NCBI GenBank assembly: GCA_963795855.1
Contig: CAWCIZ010000002.1
Coordinates: 416,001-480,000 of the forward strand
Reading direction: 5' to 3'
DNA: 64,000 nucleotides
DNA from: Vulcanimicrobiota bacterium
GTDB lineage: Bacteria > Vulcanimicrobiota > Vulcanimicrobiia > Vulcanimicrobiales > Vulcanimicrobiaceae
Part shown: positions 32,038-41,607 of the stretch, in pieces
How the letters are laid out: each line of letters opens with the position of its first letter
Position numbering within the stretch: the stretch's first letter is position 1
Translations under genes and position numbers: made by a program
The notes under the pieces: model-generated
Told to the model about the DNA's origin: nothing
The model's input: the letters and a program-made list of their open reading frames with translations, nothing else
The model's database searches: none

Positions 32038-33798
32038 TCATGGATTGAGCGCTCCTTCCCCGACTGTTGTTACGTTAACGTTATTCGCGTTAAGGATAGT
32101 TCCGGTGGCTTGCTGCAAGTCGACGACCGCGTTGTTGAGATCCGTCTGAGCCTGTAGTTCGCGTCCGCGGTTGTCGGCGAGTTCGATTTCGCGCTGCAGA
32201 ACCAGAAACGTCGTGGACTCGCCGGCGCGAAAGCGGCGCTCCTCGCTCGAAAGCACTTGTTCCGATGCTTGTCTGGCTGCGCGCGCGGCGACGAGCCGAG
32301 CTTGCGCGCTCTGGTACGTTTGCAACGCGTTGCGCACGTCCATCGTCACGCGTTGAATCGTGGAGGCTTCCTGCACCGCGGCGCTTCGCTCTTGCTCTTG
32401 CGCGGCTGCAAGATCCGCCTTTGCGGTCGTGTTTCCAATTGGGAACGTCACTTGTACGCCCGCGGCATACACGGGAAACTTGTTCGAGAGCAGATTCTTG
32501 ATGGATTGGTCCAAGCCGCCTTGCAAGTACGACGGCACGGGGGCGTTCGTATTCGGCAGCGCGGGAATTTGCTGCGCCGGCGGCAGCGTGCGGTTTACGG
32601 CCGCGATGAGTTGATTGATTGCGATGAATTGTTGGACGCTGCTTTCGAGGAACGGGCTGGCGCTCGTGGGCAAAACGGTGCCGGCAAAGCCGTTGCTGGT
32701 GTATCCCAGATTGAGGTTCACCTGCGGTTTCGTTTGGTTCTGCGCGTAGGCGAGGTTTACGTCGGCAGTCGCGCGCAGGGTGCGAATTTGCGCGATCTCC
32801 GGGCGGTTGCGCAGGGCTTGCGTCACGAGATCTGCGAGCGACGGCTGCCGCGGCAACTGCAGTACCGGCGTGGTCGGCACCAGATTGGCATCCCAGAGCG
32901 GATCGTTCGGATTGGTGACCAGTTCGGATTTCAACTGGTTCTGAAGCATCCCGACGTTCTGCAGCGCGGAAAACACGTCTTCCTGAAAGACGGCGACCTG
33001 GCTGTTCGTCTGCACGACGTCGATGGGTGCGCTTACGCCTTGGCGGGCCAGCCGGACGTTGCTGTGCTGCTGTGCGATGGTGTCTTTGAGCGCCTGCTCC
33101 TGAATCGCGACGTTGCGCCACGCCGCCACGAGATTCCAGTACGTCTTTTGCACCTGCGAGATCGTCGAGGAGACGGTCGCGAGCGTTTGCGCGTTGGAGC
33201 CGGTCGCGTTGATCTGCGCCAATTGGAGCGCGCGCGCGGCGTCCGTGATGTTGCGGCCTCTTCCGAGCGGCTGGGAAAAACTCACCGAGAAGATCGTCGG
33301 ATACGTCGGATTGAACGTGTTGATCTGCGTGTTGTCGTACGTTTGTTTTCCGGACGCGTTGACGCTATACGTCTGTCCGCCGGGGAGCATGCCTTGAACG
33401 CCCGCCGCAATGCTCGTATTACGCTGCACGATCGGCGTGAAGTTCGGTCCGGCGAAAAACTCGTTTTGCGGCGGCTGCGTGACGTACTGATACTGCGGTT
33501 CCACGGAAAGACGCACGTCGTAGGCGCCCTTCGCGGCCTGAATCTGATAGAAGGCGATTCGGCGATTGGCTTGCGCGACGGCGAGATCCGGATTACGCGA
33601 GAGCGCCATCCCGATTGCGTTGTCCAGCGTGATGCCGACGAACGGCTGCTGCGTCACGCCGACCACGTTCGGCGGCGGCGGCGAAACGTTCGGTGCGGCG
33701 TATCCCGGCGCAACAGCCGGTACGGCCGGCAGTTGCGGTGAGGGCGCCGGAGACGGAACGGTTGCGGCGGCAAGCAAAATCGTAGCGATAAGGTTCAC
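32038..33798 (-). CDS. TolC family outer-membrane efflux protein
   Basis: Signal peptide; AL.RNP.L, AL.NRPE, E..RF.AG.ST.F.VL. Confidence 0.92.
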   Translation of the reverse strand: MNLIATILLAAATVPSPAPSPQLPAVPAVAPGYAAPNVSPPPPNVVGVTQQPFVGITLDNAIGMALSRNPDLAVAQANRRIAFYQIQAAKGAYDVRLSVEPQYQYVTQPPQNEFFAGPNFTPIVQRNTSIAAGVQGMLPGGQTYSVNASGKQTYDNTQINTFNPTYPTIFSVSFSQPLGRGRNITDAARALQLAQINATGSNAQTLATVSSTISQVQKTYWNLVAAWRNVAIQEQALKDTIAQQHSNVRLARQGVSAPIDVVQTNSQVAVFQEDVFSALQNVGMLQNQLKSELVTNPNDPLWDANLVPTTPVLQLPRQPSLADLVTQALRNRPEIAQIRTLRATADVNLAYAQNQTKPQVNLNLGYTSNGFAGTVLPTSASPFLESSVQQFIAINQLIAAVNRTLPPAQQIPALPNTNAPVPSYLQGGLDQSIKNLLSNKFPVYAAGVQVTFPIGNTTAKADLAAAQEQERSAAVQEASTIQRVTMDVRNALQTYQSAQARLVAARAARQASEQVLSSEERRFRAGESTTFLVLQREIELADNRGRELQAQTDLNNAVVDLQQATGTILNANNVNVTTVGEGALNP

Positions 33799-33807
33799 GA
33801 TATCTCC

Positions 33808-35355
33808 TTATTCAGCACTCATCGGTGCGCTTGCGCGCGGGCGGCGCATCAAGATCACGAGGGGCGCGAGCACCAGCGTGATGAGCGCCGTGAGCCGCGA
33901 CGTATCCGCATATGAAAGTATGTACGCTTGCTGCGTCACGAGACCGGCGAGGTTGGCCAGCGCGCTTTGCGAGTGCTCACCGCCGTGCTGCTGCAGATAT
34001 TGGCGTACGGCTTGCGCGTGCAGCGAAACGTCGGAGCCCAGGGCGGCTTGATGGTGCGTGACCGCGCGCACGAGAACGGTCACGAGCACCGCGGTCGCAA
34101 TGCTGCCGCCGACCTGACGCGCGAGGTTGAAGAACGCCGAGGCGGCCGCTACGTCTTTGGGCGGTACGGAACCGAGCACGGCGATCGAAAGCGGCACGAA
34201 GATTTGCGAGAGACCGACGCCGCTGACGATTAGCGCCGCGCCGAACGTCCAGAACGACGAATCGGAAGTCGTCACCTGCGCCAGAAGCCAGTTCGAGAAG
34301 CCGAGCAAGACGAACCCGACGAAGACTTGCCAGCGCGCGTCGACCCGGCCGCGCATCGCCAGGATTGCCGCGATCGGCGTGAGCAGTCCGATCGCCAGCG
34401 CGCGAACCAAAATCGTCTCGCCCGAGAGCGTAGCGGTGAAGCCGAGCGAATTTTGCACGTATTGCGGCATAATCAGCACCGATCCGTATAAACTCACGCC
34501 CAGCGCCGCGCCGAGCAGACTTCCGGCGGCGACCTCGCGATAGCGCAGCACGTGCAGATTCACGACGGGAATCTTCGAACGCAGCGTCCAGACGACGAAG
34601 CCGGCCAAACCTCCGGCGGACGCGAGAGAAAACAAGCGGATGTTGGAATCCGCGAACCAGTCGTACTGCTGGCCTTGATCGAGGACGTATTGCAGGGCGC
34701 CCAGGCCGAGCGCCAACAGCGCCAGACCGATCCAGTCGAGCCGCTTGCGTTTCTGCGGTTCGATCGGATTGCGCAGCACGAGATACACCGCTGCGGCGGC
34801 AAGTATGCCGACGGGAATATTGATGAAGAACGCCCAGCGCCACGTGAGGTTGTCGGTGATGATCCCGCCCAGCAGCGGGCCAAGCGCCGGACCGGCGATG
34901 ACGCCGAGCGAGAAAATGCCTTGCGCTTTGCCTTGCTCGCCGAGCGGATACGTATCGCGCAAGATCGCTTGCGACGTGGAAATGAGGCCGCCGCCGCCGA
35001 CGCCCTGAATGAGACGCCAAAAGACCAGTTCCGTGAAACTGCCCGACAAACCGCACATGATCGACGCAAACGTGAACAGCCCGATGGACGCCAAGTAATA
35101 CGCGCGCCGGCCGAAACGTTCGGAGAGCCAAGGCGTGATCGGAATGATAACGACGTTCGCGACGATGTACCCGGTGACGACCCACGCGCCTTGATCGACC
35201 GAGACGCCGAAGTTGCCTTGAACGTTCGGCAGCGCGACGTTGACGATCGTCGTGTCGATGATTTCGAGCATCGTCGCCGCTATGACGGCGAGCGTCACCA
35301 CCGTCCTGCGCCAACCGAATTCGGTGACGGACGTATATGCTGCCGTTGCGCTCAC
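33808..35355 (-). CDS. emrB: DHA2 family MFS efflux permease (EmrB-like)
   Basis: D.TIVNVALP, WRWAFFINIPVG; many TM segments. Confidence 0.92.
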   Translation of the reverse strand: MSATAAYTSVTEFGWRRTVVTLAVIAATMLEIIDTTIVNVALPNVQGNFGVSVDQGAWVVTGYIVANVVIIPITPWLSERFGRRAYYLASIGLFTFASIMCGLSGSFTELVFWRLIQGVGGGGLISTSQAILRDTYPLGEQGKAQGIFSLGVIAGPALGPLLGGIITDNLTWRWAFFINIPVGILAAAAVYLVLRNPIEPQKRKRLDWIGLALLALGLGALQYVLDQGQQYDWFADSNIRLFSLASAGGLAGFVVWTLRSKIPVVNLHVLRYREVAAGSLLGAALGVSLYGSVLIMPQYVQNSLGFTATLSGETILVRALAIGLLTPIAAILAMRGRVDARWQVFVGFVLLGFSNWLLAQVTTSDSSFWTFGAALIVSGVGLSQIFVPLSIAVLGSVPPKDVAAASAFFNLARQVGGSIATAVLVTVLVRAVTHHQAALGSDVSLHAQAVRQYLQQHGGEHSQSALANLAGLVTQQAYILSYADTSRLTALITLVLAPLVILMRRPRASAPMSAE

Positions 35356-35359
35356 GGTC

Positions 35360-36622
35360 TTACTTTACGAGGACCGAAGCTTCGACCGACATACCTGGCC
35401 GCATCGGATATTTCGCGAAGTCGGTGTCTTTGTCGAAGGCAATCTTCACCGGAATGCGTTGCGTGACTTTTACGAAGTTTCCGGTCGAATTCTGCGCCGG
35501 CACCAGCGCGTACGTGTTTTGCGAGGCGGGGTTGATCGAGTCGACCGTTCCATGGAACGTCACGCCTTTATAGGCGTCGACGCGGATGTCGACCGGCTGG
35601 CCTGGGTGCATGCTGCCGAGTTGCGTTTCTTTGAAATTCGCCGTGACGAAGACTTGATTGGGAATCAGCGTCAGAAGCGTCATTCCGGAACTGACCGTTT
35701 GTCCGACCTCGACGCTCTTCTCACCGACATATCCGTCGATGGGAGAGTAAATGCGCGTATTGGCGAGATTCTGCTGCGCGATCTGCACCGCGGCGCGCTG
35801 CGCGGCAATCTGCGCCGGGGCTTGCGCCTGGCTCAGTTTGCCTTGCGCCGCCTGCACGCCGCCCTGCGCCGCCGCGACGCCCGCCTGCGCGGCGCCGATC
35901 TTCTGTTCGGCGGCGTTGAGGTTTGCTTGCGCCACATCGACGGCGTCCTGTGCCGCGCGATACTGCGATTCTGCCTGCGCTTCTTGCGCTTGCGCCGCGT
36001 CCAGCTGCTGTTTGGCGAGGTCGCCGGTCTTCACCAGCGATTGGGTGCGGTGCAAATTCGCCTGGGCGTTCGCGAGCGCTTGACGCGCGCCCGGAAGCGC
36101 GGCCTGCGCCTGCTGCACTTGCGCCTGCGCAGCCGCAACGCCGGCCTGCGCGACCGGAACCTGCGCCGCCGCGTTCTGCACGTTGGCTTGCGCCTGCGAA
36201 ACGCCTCCGGTGCCCTGCGTCACGCCGCTCTGCTGATTTTCCAGCGCCAGTTGCAAATTGGCTTGGGCTTGCGCGACGGCGGCGCGTTCGGTGGCGTCGT
36301 CGAGGGTGACCAGCAATTGGCCTTTTCTCACGGGCTGATTCGTGTCGACTAGAATTTGATTGACGCGTTCGGTGATTTTGCTCGTTATCGCAACGGTGTT
36401 GGCGTCGACGCGCGCATCGTCCGTGGACTGGTGAACGTGTGCATACGAGAACCACCGTACGCCCCACAAGATGATGAGAATGGCGACGATGATTCCCCCG
36501 ATCACGAAGACCGGCCGCATGTTCCGTCCGCCGCCGCCGTTCCCCGCTTCCCGTTCCACGCTCATTCCTTTTCCGTTCTCCGCAGTGGGGACTTCCCGTT
36601 CGTCGCGTTCGCGCGTTTGCAT
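35360..36622 (-). CDS. emrA: HlyD/EmrA family membrane fusion protein
   Basis: TDDA.V, coiled coil, ANFKETQL, NSTGNFVKVTQRIPVKI, PGMSV. Confidence 0.93.
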   Translation of the reverse strand: MQTRERDEREVPTAENGKGMSVEREAGNGGGGRNMRPVFVIGGIIVAILIILWGVRWFSYAHVHQSTDDARVDANTVAITSKITERVNQILVDTNQPVRKGQLLVTLDDATERAAVAQAQANLQLALENQQSGVTQGTGGVSQAQANVQNAAAQVPVAQAGVAAAQAQVQQAQAALPGARQALANAQANLHRTQSLVKTGDLAKQQLDAAQAQEAQAESQYRAAQDAVDVAQANLNAAEQKIGAAQAGVAAAQGGVQAAQGKLSQAQAPAQIAAQRAAVQIAQQNLANTRIYSPIDGYVGEKSVEVGQTVSSGMTLLTLIPNQVFVTANFKETQLGSMHPGQPVDIRVDAYKGVTFHGTVDSINPASQNTYALVPAQNSTGNFVKVTQRIPVKIAFDKDTDFAKYPMRPGMSVEASVLVK

Positions 36623-36624
36623 CT

Positions 36625-37221
36625 CTACTTCTTTCTTACGCCGTTCAAAAATACGTTGATGTTGAAATCGATGATCTCGTCCGGAGTCTTGTTGGGATAC
36701 GGCAGTCGTTTATGCCCGATAACGTACGAGAATATTGAGCCCATGAAGAAGCGTGCAAGCAGCACGGGGTCGCCCTCCAGCTCGCCCGCGGCTACGCGCG
36801 CGCTCATGTACTCGGTCAAAATCTGCTGAATGATGGCGGGCGAACGCCATGCGGCGTCTCCTGCCGCCGCCCACTGGTCTTCCTCCGCGAACGTCACGAG
36901 GATGAGATCGCGCAGACGCACCATGTGCTCCAGCATCACATGCGCGATCTTGCGAAGATCTTCGCCGATGTCGCCGCGCAGGCTCGGAAGCAGTTCGCCA
37001 AGTACGCCGGCGGGACAATAGTGCAGAACGCATGCTTCGATGAGCGCGTCCTTGTGCCCGAAATGACGGAACAGCGTTGCTTCGTTCACGCCCGCCAGTT
37101 CGGCGATCTCGCGCGTCGTCGTTCCCCGGCGGCCCTTTTTGGCGAGCAACTTGCGAGTCGCGGCGAAGATCCGGGTGCGCGTATCTTCGGAGGAGCGCGA
37201 AGGAGGCGTTTCGTGCAGCAT
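36625..37221 (-). CDS. TetR/AcrR family transcriptional regulator
   Basis: TTTREIAELAGVNEATLFRHFGHKDAL HTH. Confidence 0.93.
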   Translation of the reverse strand: MLHETPPSRSSEDTRTRIFAATRKLLAKKGRRGTTTREIAELAGVNEATLFRHFGHKDALIEACVLHYCPAGVLGELLPSLRGDIGEDLRKIAHVMLEHMVRLRDLILVTFAEEDQWAAAGDAAWRSPAIIQQILTEYMSARVAAGELEGDPVLLARFFMGSIFSYVIGHKRLPYPNKTPDEIIDFNINVFLNGVRKK

Positions 37222-37874
37222 TATTTGCCCGCGAACACGGCGTCGTTTACCGCTACGTTGGTTTGGTACTGGCCGTAGGTCGCATCGGCCACAGCGTGCA
37301 CGTGCGGAATGTGAATGTCGGCGTGCTGCGTCGCGACCACGTTGTACCGGCCTTGCTGCCGATAGGTTTGCGTCATCACGATCGTGCCGCCGTTGCGGTA
37401 GTGCCAATCCATGCGCACCACCTGATACGTCGACGGATCGACGTACGCGACTGCGTCCTCGATCTGGTCGCTGTAAATTTTCTTGGTCATGCGCAGCGCG
37501 TAAGCAGCGTGCCCGTCAATCGATTGCACCCCGTCGTAGTCGATGTTCGAGTCCTTTTCCCACGTTGCGACGTCGTCGATGTCGCCGAAAAGTTTGTTGA
37601 TGCCCTTCGCATAGGACGGCACGCTATCGAAGACGACTTCGTAATTGCCGGGGCGCTTGAAATACGACGTGCCGTCCAGCTTGGGCGAGAGCCAAGGGAA
37701 ATTGAGCATTCGCACGTTCACATGAACGCGAGCCTGATAGCTCTGCAATTCAGGGTTGCGAGCGCCGATTGCGGCAAGGATGGCCGTGGGGGAGCCTTGC
37801 GCGGACGCAGGCGCCTGCAAGGTCGCGGCCAGCAGTACGGTCCCGAGCAGGGAAAAATAGCGGTTTCGTGTCAT
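37221..37874 (-). CDS. secreted LolA-like / lipoprotein-sorting fold protein
   Basis: Signal peptide; YFKRP, Y.L.M, YVD..TY...R beta-rich pattern; stop overlaps the TetR start. Confidence 0.6.
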   Translation of the reverse strand: MTRNRYFSLLGTVLLAATLQAPASAQGSPTAILAAIGARNPELQSYQARVHVNVRMLNFPWLSPKLDGTSYFKRPGNYEVVFDSVPSYAKGINKLFGDIDDVATWEKDSNIDYDGVQSIDGHAAYALRMTKKIYSDQIEDAVAYVDPSTYQVVRMDWHYRNGGTIVMTQTYRQQGRYNVVATQHADIHIPHVHAVADATYGQYQTNVAVNDAVFAGK

Positions 37875-37888
37875 CGTCTTCACTACGT

Positions 37889-37956
37889 GTGCAAGTACGT
37901 ACTTGCACGCAGCATCGTACCATACCGCACAGTTGAGTGCAAGTACCTGCTTGCAA
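37889..37956. promoter_or_regulatory. two TetR-type operators
   Basis: Perfect palindrome GTGCAAGTACGTACTTGCAC at 37889-37908 and near copy GTGCAAGTACCTGCTTGCAA at 37937-37956. Confidence 0.8.
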
Positions 37957-37971
37957 CAAGGGAAAGATCGC

Positions 37972-38757
37972 ATGTTGACAGAGACCATCGTCCGCCAGGC
38001 AGCCTCCCAAGCCGGCTTGAGTCCCTTCGCCTGCGTCCTGCGGCGGCTCGATTCCAAAGAGCCGGGCCTGGCGCTCGAGCCGAACGCCGCCTTCTATCCG
38101 GCCAGCATGGTCAAGACGCCGCTCGCGGCGGCGGCGTTCGCATTGGTGAACGAAGGCGCACTGGAGTTGGATCGCCGGTATCCCGTCACGCAAGCCAACA
38201 TGACCGTGAACGACAAGCCGTCCCCGCTCGTCCCCGGCTACGAATCGCCGCTCACCGAACTCATCGATCTGATGGTGACGCGATCGGATAACGTCGCCAC
38301 GAACATGATCTTCGACATCGTCGGTCGCGAGCAAGCGACCGAAATCGTGCAGCAGCGCTTCGGCCTGAACGCGACGGCCTTCCGCCGCAAACTTTCCGGC
38401 TCGCTGCCGCTGATCCACGATCCGCAGTGGCAGGGTCCGCTGCTGAACACACATCCGCCGGCAGATGCCGCCCGGCTGTTCGAACTGATCGCTCGATCGC
38501 AAGTTCCGCTCGCGGGCGCGTTGCGCGAAACTCTGGCGCGCCAAGAGTGGAACAACAAGCTTTCCGCCGGTTTGGAAGCCGGCGACCGTTTCGCCCATAA
38601 GACCGGCGATACCGACGAAGTCACGCACGACGGCGGCATCCTCGAAACGCGCGGCGGCGCATCATACGTCCTGGTCGTTTACTCCGGTATGGAATCGACG
38701 GACGCAAATAATGAGCGCTTTGGCGCGTTTGCGCGGCGCATTCGGCCCGAATTGTAA
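37972..38757 (+). CDS. serine hydrolase, class A beta-lactamase-like
   Basis: PASMVK (SXXK), SDN, HKTG, HDGG. Confidence 0.88.
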   Translation: MLTETIVRQAASQAGLSPFACVLRRLDSKEPGLALEPNAAFYPASMVKTPLAAAAFALVNEGALELDRRYPVTQANMTVNDKPSPLVPGYESPLTELIDLMVTRSDNVATNMIFDIVGREQATEIVQQRFGLNATAFRRKLSGSLPLIHDPQWQGPLLNTHPPADAARLFELIARSQVPLAGALRETLARQEWNNKLSAGLEAGDRFAHKTGDTDEVTHDGGILETRGGASYVLVVYSGMESTDANNERFGAFARRIRPEL

Positions 38758-38822
38758 GCAAGCCGCCATTCGCCGTGTTTCACTCCCGTGCGAGCGGGTA
38801 AAAAAGCGGCCGTGGGCAGAGA

Positions 38823-38853
38823 AACGTAGGCCGTGAAACGCACGGTCTACGTT
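38823..38853 (-). terminator. probable intrinsic terminator of the hut operon
   Basis: Stem AACGTAGGCCGTG/CACGGTCTACGTT immediately after the stop at 38852, followed by a short pyrimidine tail on the minus strand. Confidence 0.6.
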
Positions 38854-39094
38854 ATTTGGTTCGGGATCCGGCTCGCGCGGCCGGTGTCGGGCGGCAGTCG
38901 GTTTTAATCGACGGAGTTTTGTGTTTTGCGGAGGCTGCGGCATGCTTGGAGCGGCATGGCGACGCCGACCGCGGAAGCGGCCCCGATTCGACCGGCGCCG
39001 GGGTTACCGCGGTGGTGCGCGTGTAGGCTTTCTGTCCGCAACCGGTCACGGCCGCCAACGTCAGCACGATGGCGAGCACGCAAATTCGATTCAT
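38852..39094 (-). CDS. small basic putative lipoprotein (80 aa)
   Basis: MNRICVLAIVLTLAAVTGC lipobox; ATG overlaps the upstream stop; SD GAAGGA. Confidence 0.6.
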   Translation of the reverse strand: MNRICVLAIVLTLAAVTGCGQKAYTRTTAVTPAPVESGPLPRSASPCRSKHAAASAKHKTPSIKTDCRPTPAARAGSRTK

Positions 39095-40398
39095 ACGCTT
39101 CCTTCGGAGTTCTCGATACGCAAGCGCGGCTGCAGATGCCGCAGCGCCTCCAGGGCTTGCTCGGGCCGGCGCGCGCCCCGTTCGCGGACACGACGCCCTC
39201 CAACGTATGTTTCCAGCACGTCGGCGCTTTCCGCGCGGTACACGACGTGATTGCCGAGCGGAGCCCACGGATCCGCGCGCGTGAGATCGAGAACGACGTA
39301 ATCGGCGAACGCTCCCTCGCGTAAATCCCCCGCGTCCACGTTGAGCGCGCGCGCGCCTGCGGCCGTTCCGAGCGAGATCGCGGTCTTCGCGTCCAGCGCC
39401 GCTCCATCCAAACGCGAAACTTTCTGCAGCAGCGACGCTGCGCGCATTTCGTCGAGGATCGACGGCTTCACGTCCGCATCCGTCCCCAGCCCAACTGAGA
39501 CGCCGGATTCGAGCAGGCCGATGACGTCGCAGACGCCGTCGCCCAAATACTGGTTCGTCGTCGGATTGTGAACGACGCGCGCGCCGCTTTCCGCCAGCAT
39601 ACGCCGTTCTTCGCCGGTAATGTAGATCGCATGGATCGCAACGGTTCGTTCGTTCAAAGCATCGAGTCGCCGGAGAAGCGCTATCGGCGTCGCTCCGTAG
39701 CGCGCCAGCGTTTGGGCGCCTTCGTATTGCGCTTCCGCAACGTGCACGTGCAGCATGCACTCCCGCTCGCTCGCGAAGGCCGACGCGGCGCGAATCATGC
39801 CGTGCGATGCGGCGTGCAGAGAATGCGGCGCGACGCAAACGTGCACGCCGGGAAATTCGGACATGAGAGCGGCGGTGCGTTCTCGCGCTTGCTCGACGGA
39901 TTCCCGAAATGCCGCGGGCGCGTACGCCGCATCCATCCACGTGCGCGCGAATACCAGACGAATACCTGCGTCCGCTGCGGCGCGTATCGCCTGTTGCGCG
40001 TGAGCGTTTCCGGCACCGTTCAAATAAAAGAATTCCGCGACGGTCGTTATCCCGGCGGCGAGCATCTCGTCGAAAGCGAGGCGAAACGTCCAGTACACAT
40101 CCTGCGGCGTCAGTTCGGGAACGATACGGTAGAGCGCGTCGCTTCGCCAGCGCGCGAACGGCAGGTCGTCGGCCCAGCCGCGCATCAGGATTTGATACGC
40201 GTGGCTATGACCGTTGACGAGCCCCGGCATCACGGCGACGTGCGCGCCGTACGACGTTACGGGTGCGCCGGCAAAACGCTGCGAGATATCGGCGAACGTA
40301 CCGCACGCCGCTATTCGATCACCCTTGACGGCAAATGCGAAATCGCGCCGTTCCGATCCGCCCACCAAAGCGCGCGCGCATCGCACGACGGCGGTCAC
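39091..40398 (-). CDS. amidohydrolase, probable formimidoylglutamate deiminase (HutF-like)
   Basis: PGLVNGHSHAYQ, G.T.VAEF.Y, APHSL, H.HVAE, LG.G, LGTD; follows hutI. Confidence 0.8.
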   Translation of the reverse strand: MTAVVRCARALVGGSERRDFAFAVKGDRIAACGTFADISQRFAGAPVTSYGAHVAVMPGLVNGHSHAYQILMRGWADDLPFARWRSDALYRIVPELTPQDVYWTFRLAFDEMLAAGITTVAEFFYLNGAGNAHAQQAIRAAADAGIRLVFARTWMDAAYAPAAFRESVEQARERTAALMSEFPGVHVCVAPHSLHAASHGMIRAASAFASERECMLHVHVAEAQYEGAQTLARYGATPIALLRRLDALNERTVAIHAIYITGEERRMLAESGARVVHNPTTNQYLGDGVCDVIGLLESGVSVGLGTDADVKPSILDEMRAASLLQKVSRLDGAALDAKTAISLGTAAGARALNVDAGDLREGAFADYVVLDLTRADPWAPLGNHVVYRAESADVLETYVGGRRVRERGARRPEQALEALRHLQPRLRIENSEGSV

Positions 40399-41607
40399 GA
40401 AATGCGCACCCCGCTGCGGTACACGGCCGCGGCAAGGTTGCCGCCGAATTGCCAGCCGAACTCTTCCGCGGAGTCGATCCGCAAAGCAACCAGATCGGCG
40501 GGTGCGCCGGTACGCAGCGTGCCTGCCTGCGCGCGGAGCGATCGCGCCGCAGCGATTGTCACGCCGTACAACGCTTCCGCGGCAGTCATGCCGAAGAATT
40601 TACGCCCGAAGAACGCGACGGTCTGCAGGTTGAAACAGGGCGAAGTGCCGGGATTGTAATCGCTTGCAAGCGCGACGTCGGCGCCCCGTTCGAGCAGTTC
40701 GCGCACAGGCGCGCGCTGCGGAAGATCGAGATACGCAATCGTCGCAGGACACGCGACCGTCACGATGCCGCGTTGCGCGATCGCGGCGACGTCGTCGTCG
40801 CGAATGCAATTGCAGTGGTCCACCGCGTCCACGCCGACCTGCGCCGCCATGCGTGCGGCGGCTCCGTACTGCATTTCGTCGCAGTGCACGCGAAGCCGCA
40901 GTCCGTGGGCGCGCGCCGATTCCAAATAGCGGCGCGTCTGCTCCGCAGAAAAGAATCCGGGCTCGCAGAATGCGTCCGCGAACACGGCGCCGTGCGCTTT
41001 GGCGACCGGCATGCACTGGTCGATCAAGTAATCGACGTAGTCGATCTCGCTCGAAAATTCCGGCGGCAAGGCGTGCGCGCCGAGAAACGTCCCAATCAGG
41101 CGCGGATTGCCGGCGTCGGCTCGGTGCTCGTGCACGAGCGAGAGCGGCTTCCATCTCTCCCGGAGCGTGCAGCGCATAGCCGGTTTTGGTTTCGAGCGTC
41201 GTCGTCCCATGCGCCGCAATTGTCTTCAGGCGGGTGTCGATCTGCTTCCAAAACGCATGAGGATGCTCCAGCGCTTTGCGGGTCTGCGTCACAGTGTACA
41301 GCATCCCCAGCGGCGCCTTTTCTCCGCGCTGCCGCGCGGAAAAATCCGGCTCCCGATTGCCCGCGAAGAGCGGGTGCGCGTGTGCGTCGACAAACCCGGG
41401 AAACACGACGCAATCGGGAAATTCGTGCAACTCGGCGTCGCGCAAGGACGGTGGAAGCGAGGCAACGTCACCGCTCCACGAAATACGCCCGTCTTCTATC
41501 GCGAGCGCGCCGTCGCAAATCGTTCCTAACGCATCGAACGTCACCCCGTGCTGGGCGACGTTCGATGCATTGGTGACGATCGTTTTGGCGCGAACTACAA
41601 GCGCCAA
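40395..41607 (-). CDS. hutI: imidazolonepropionase (frameshift near 41150)
   Basis: [47 protein letters not shown]. Confidence 0.92.
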
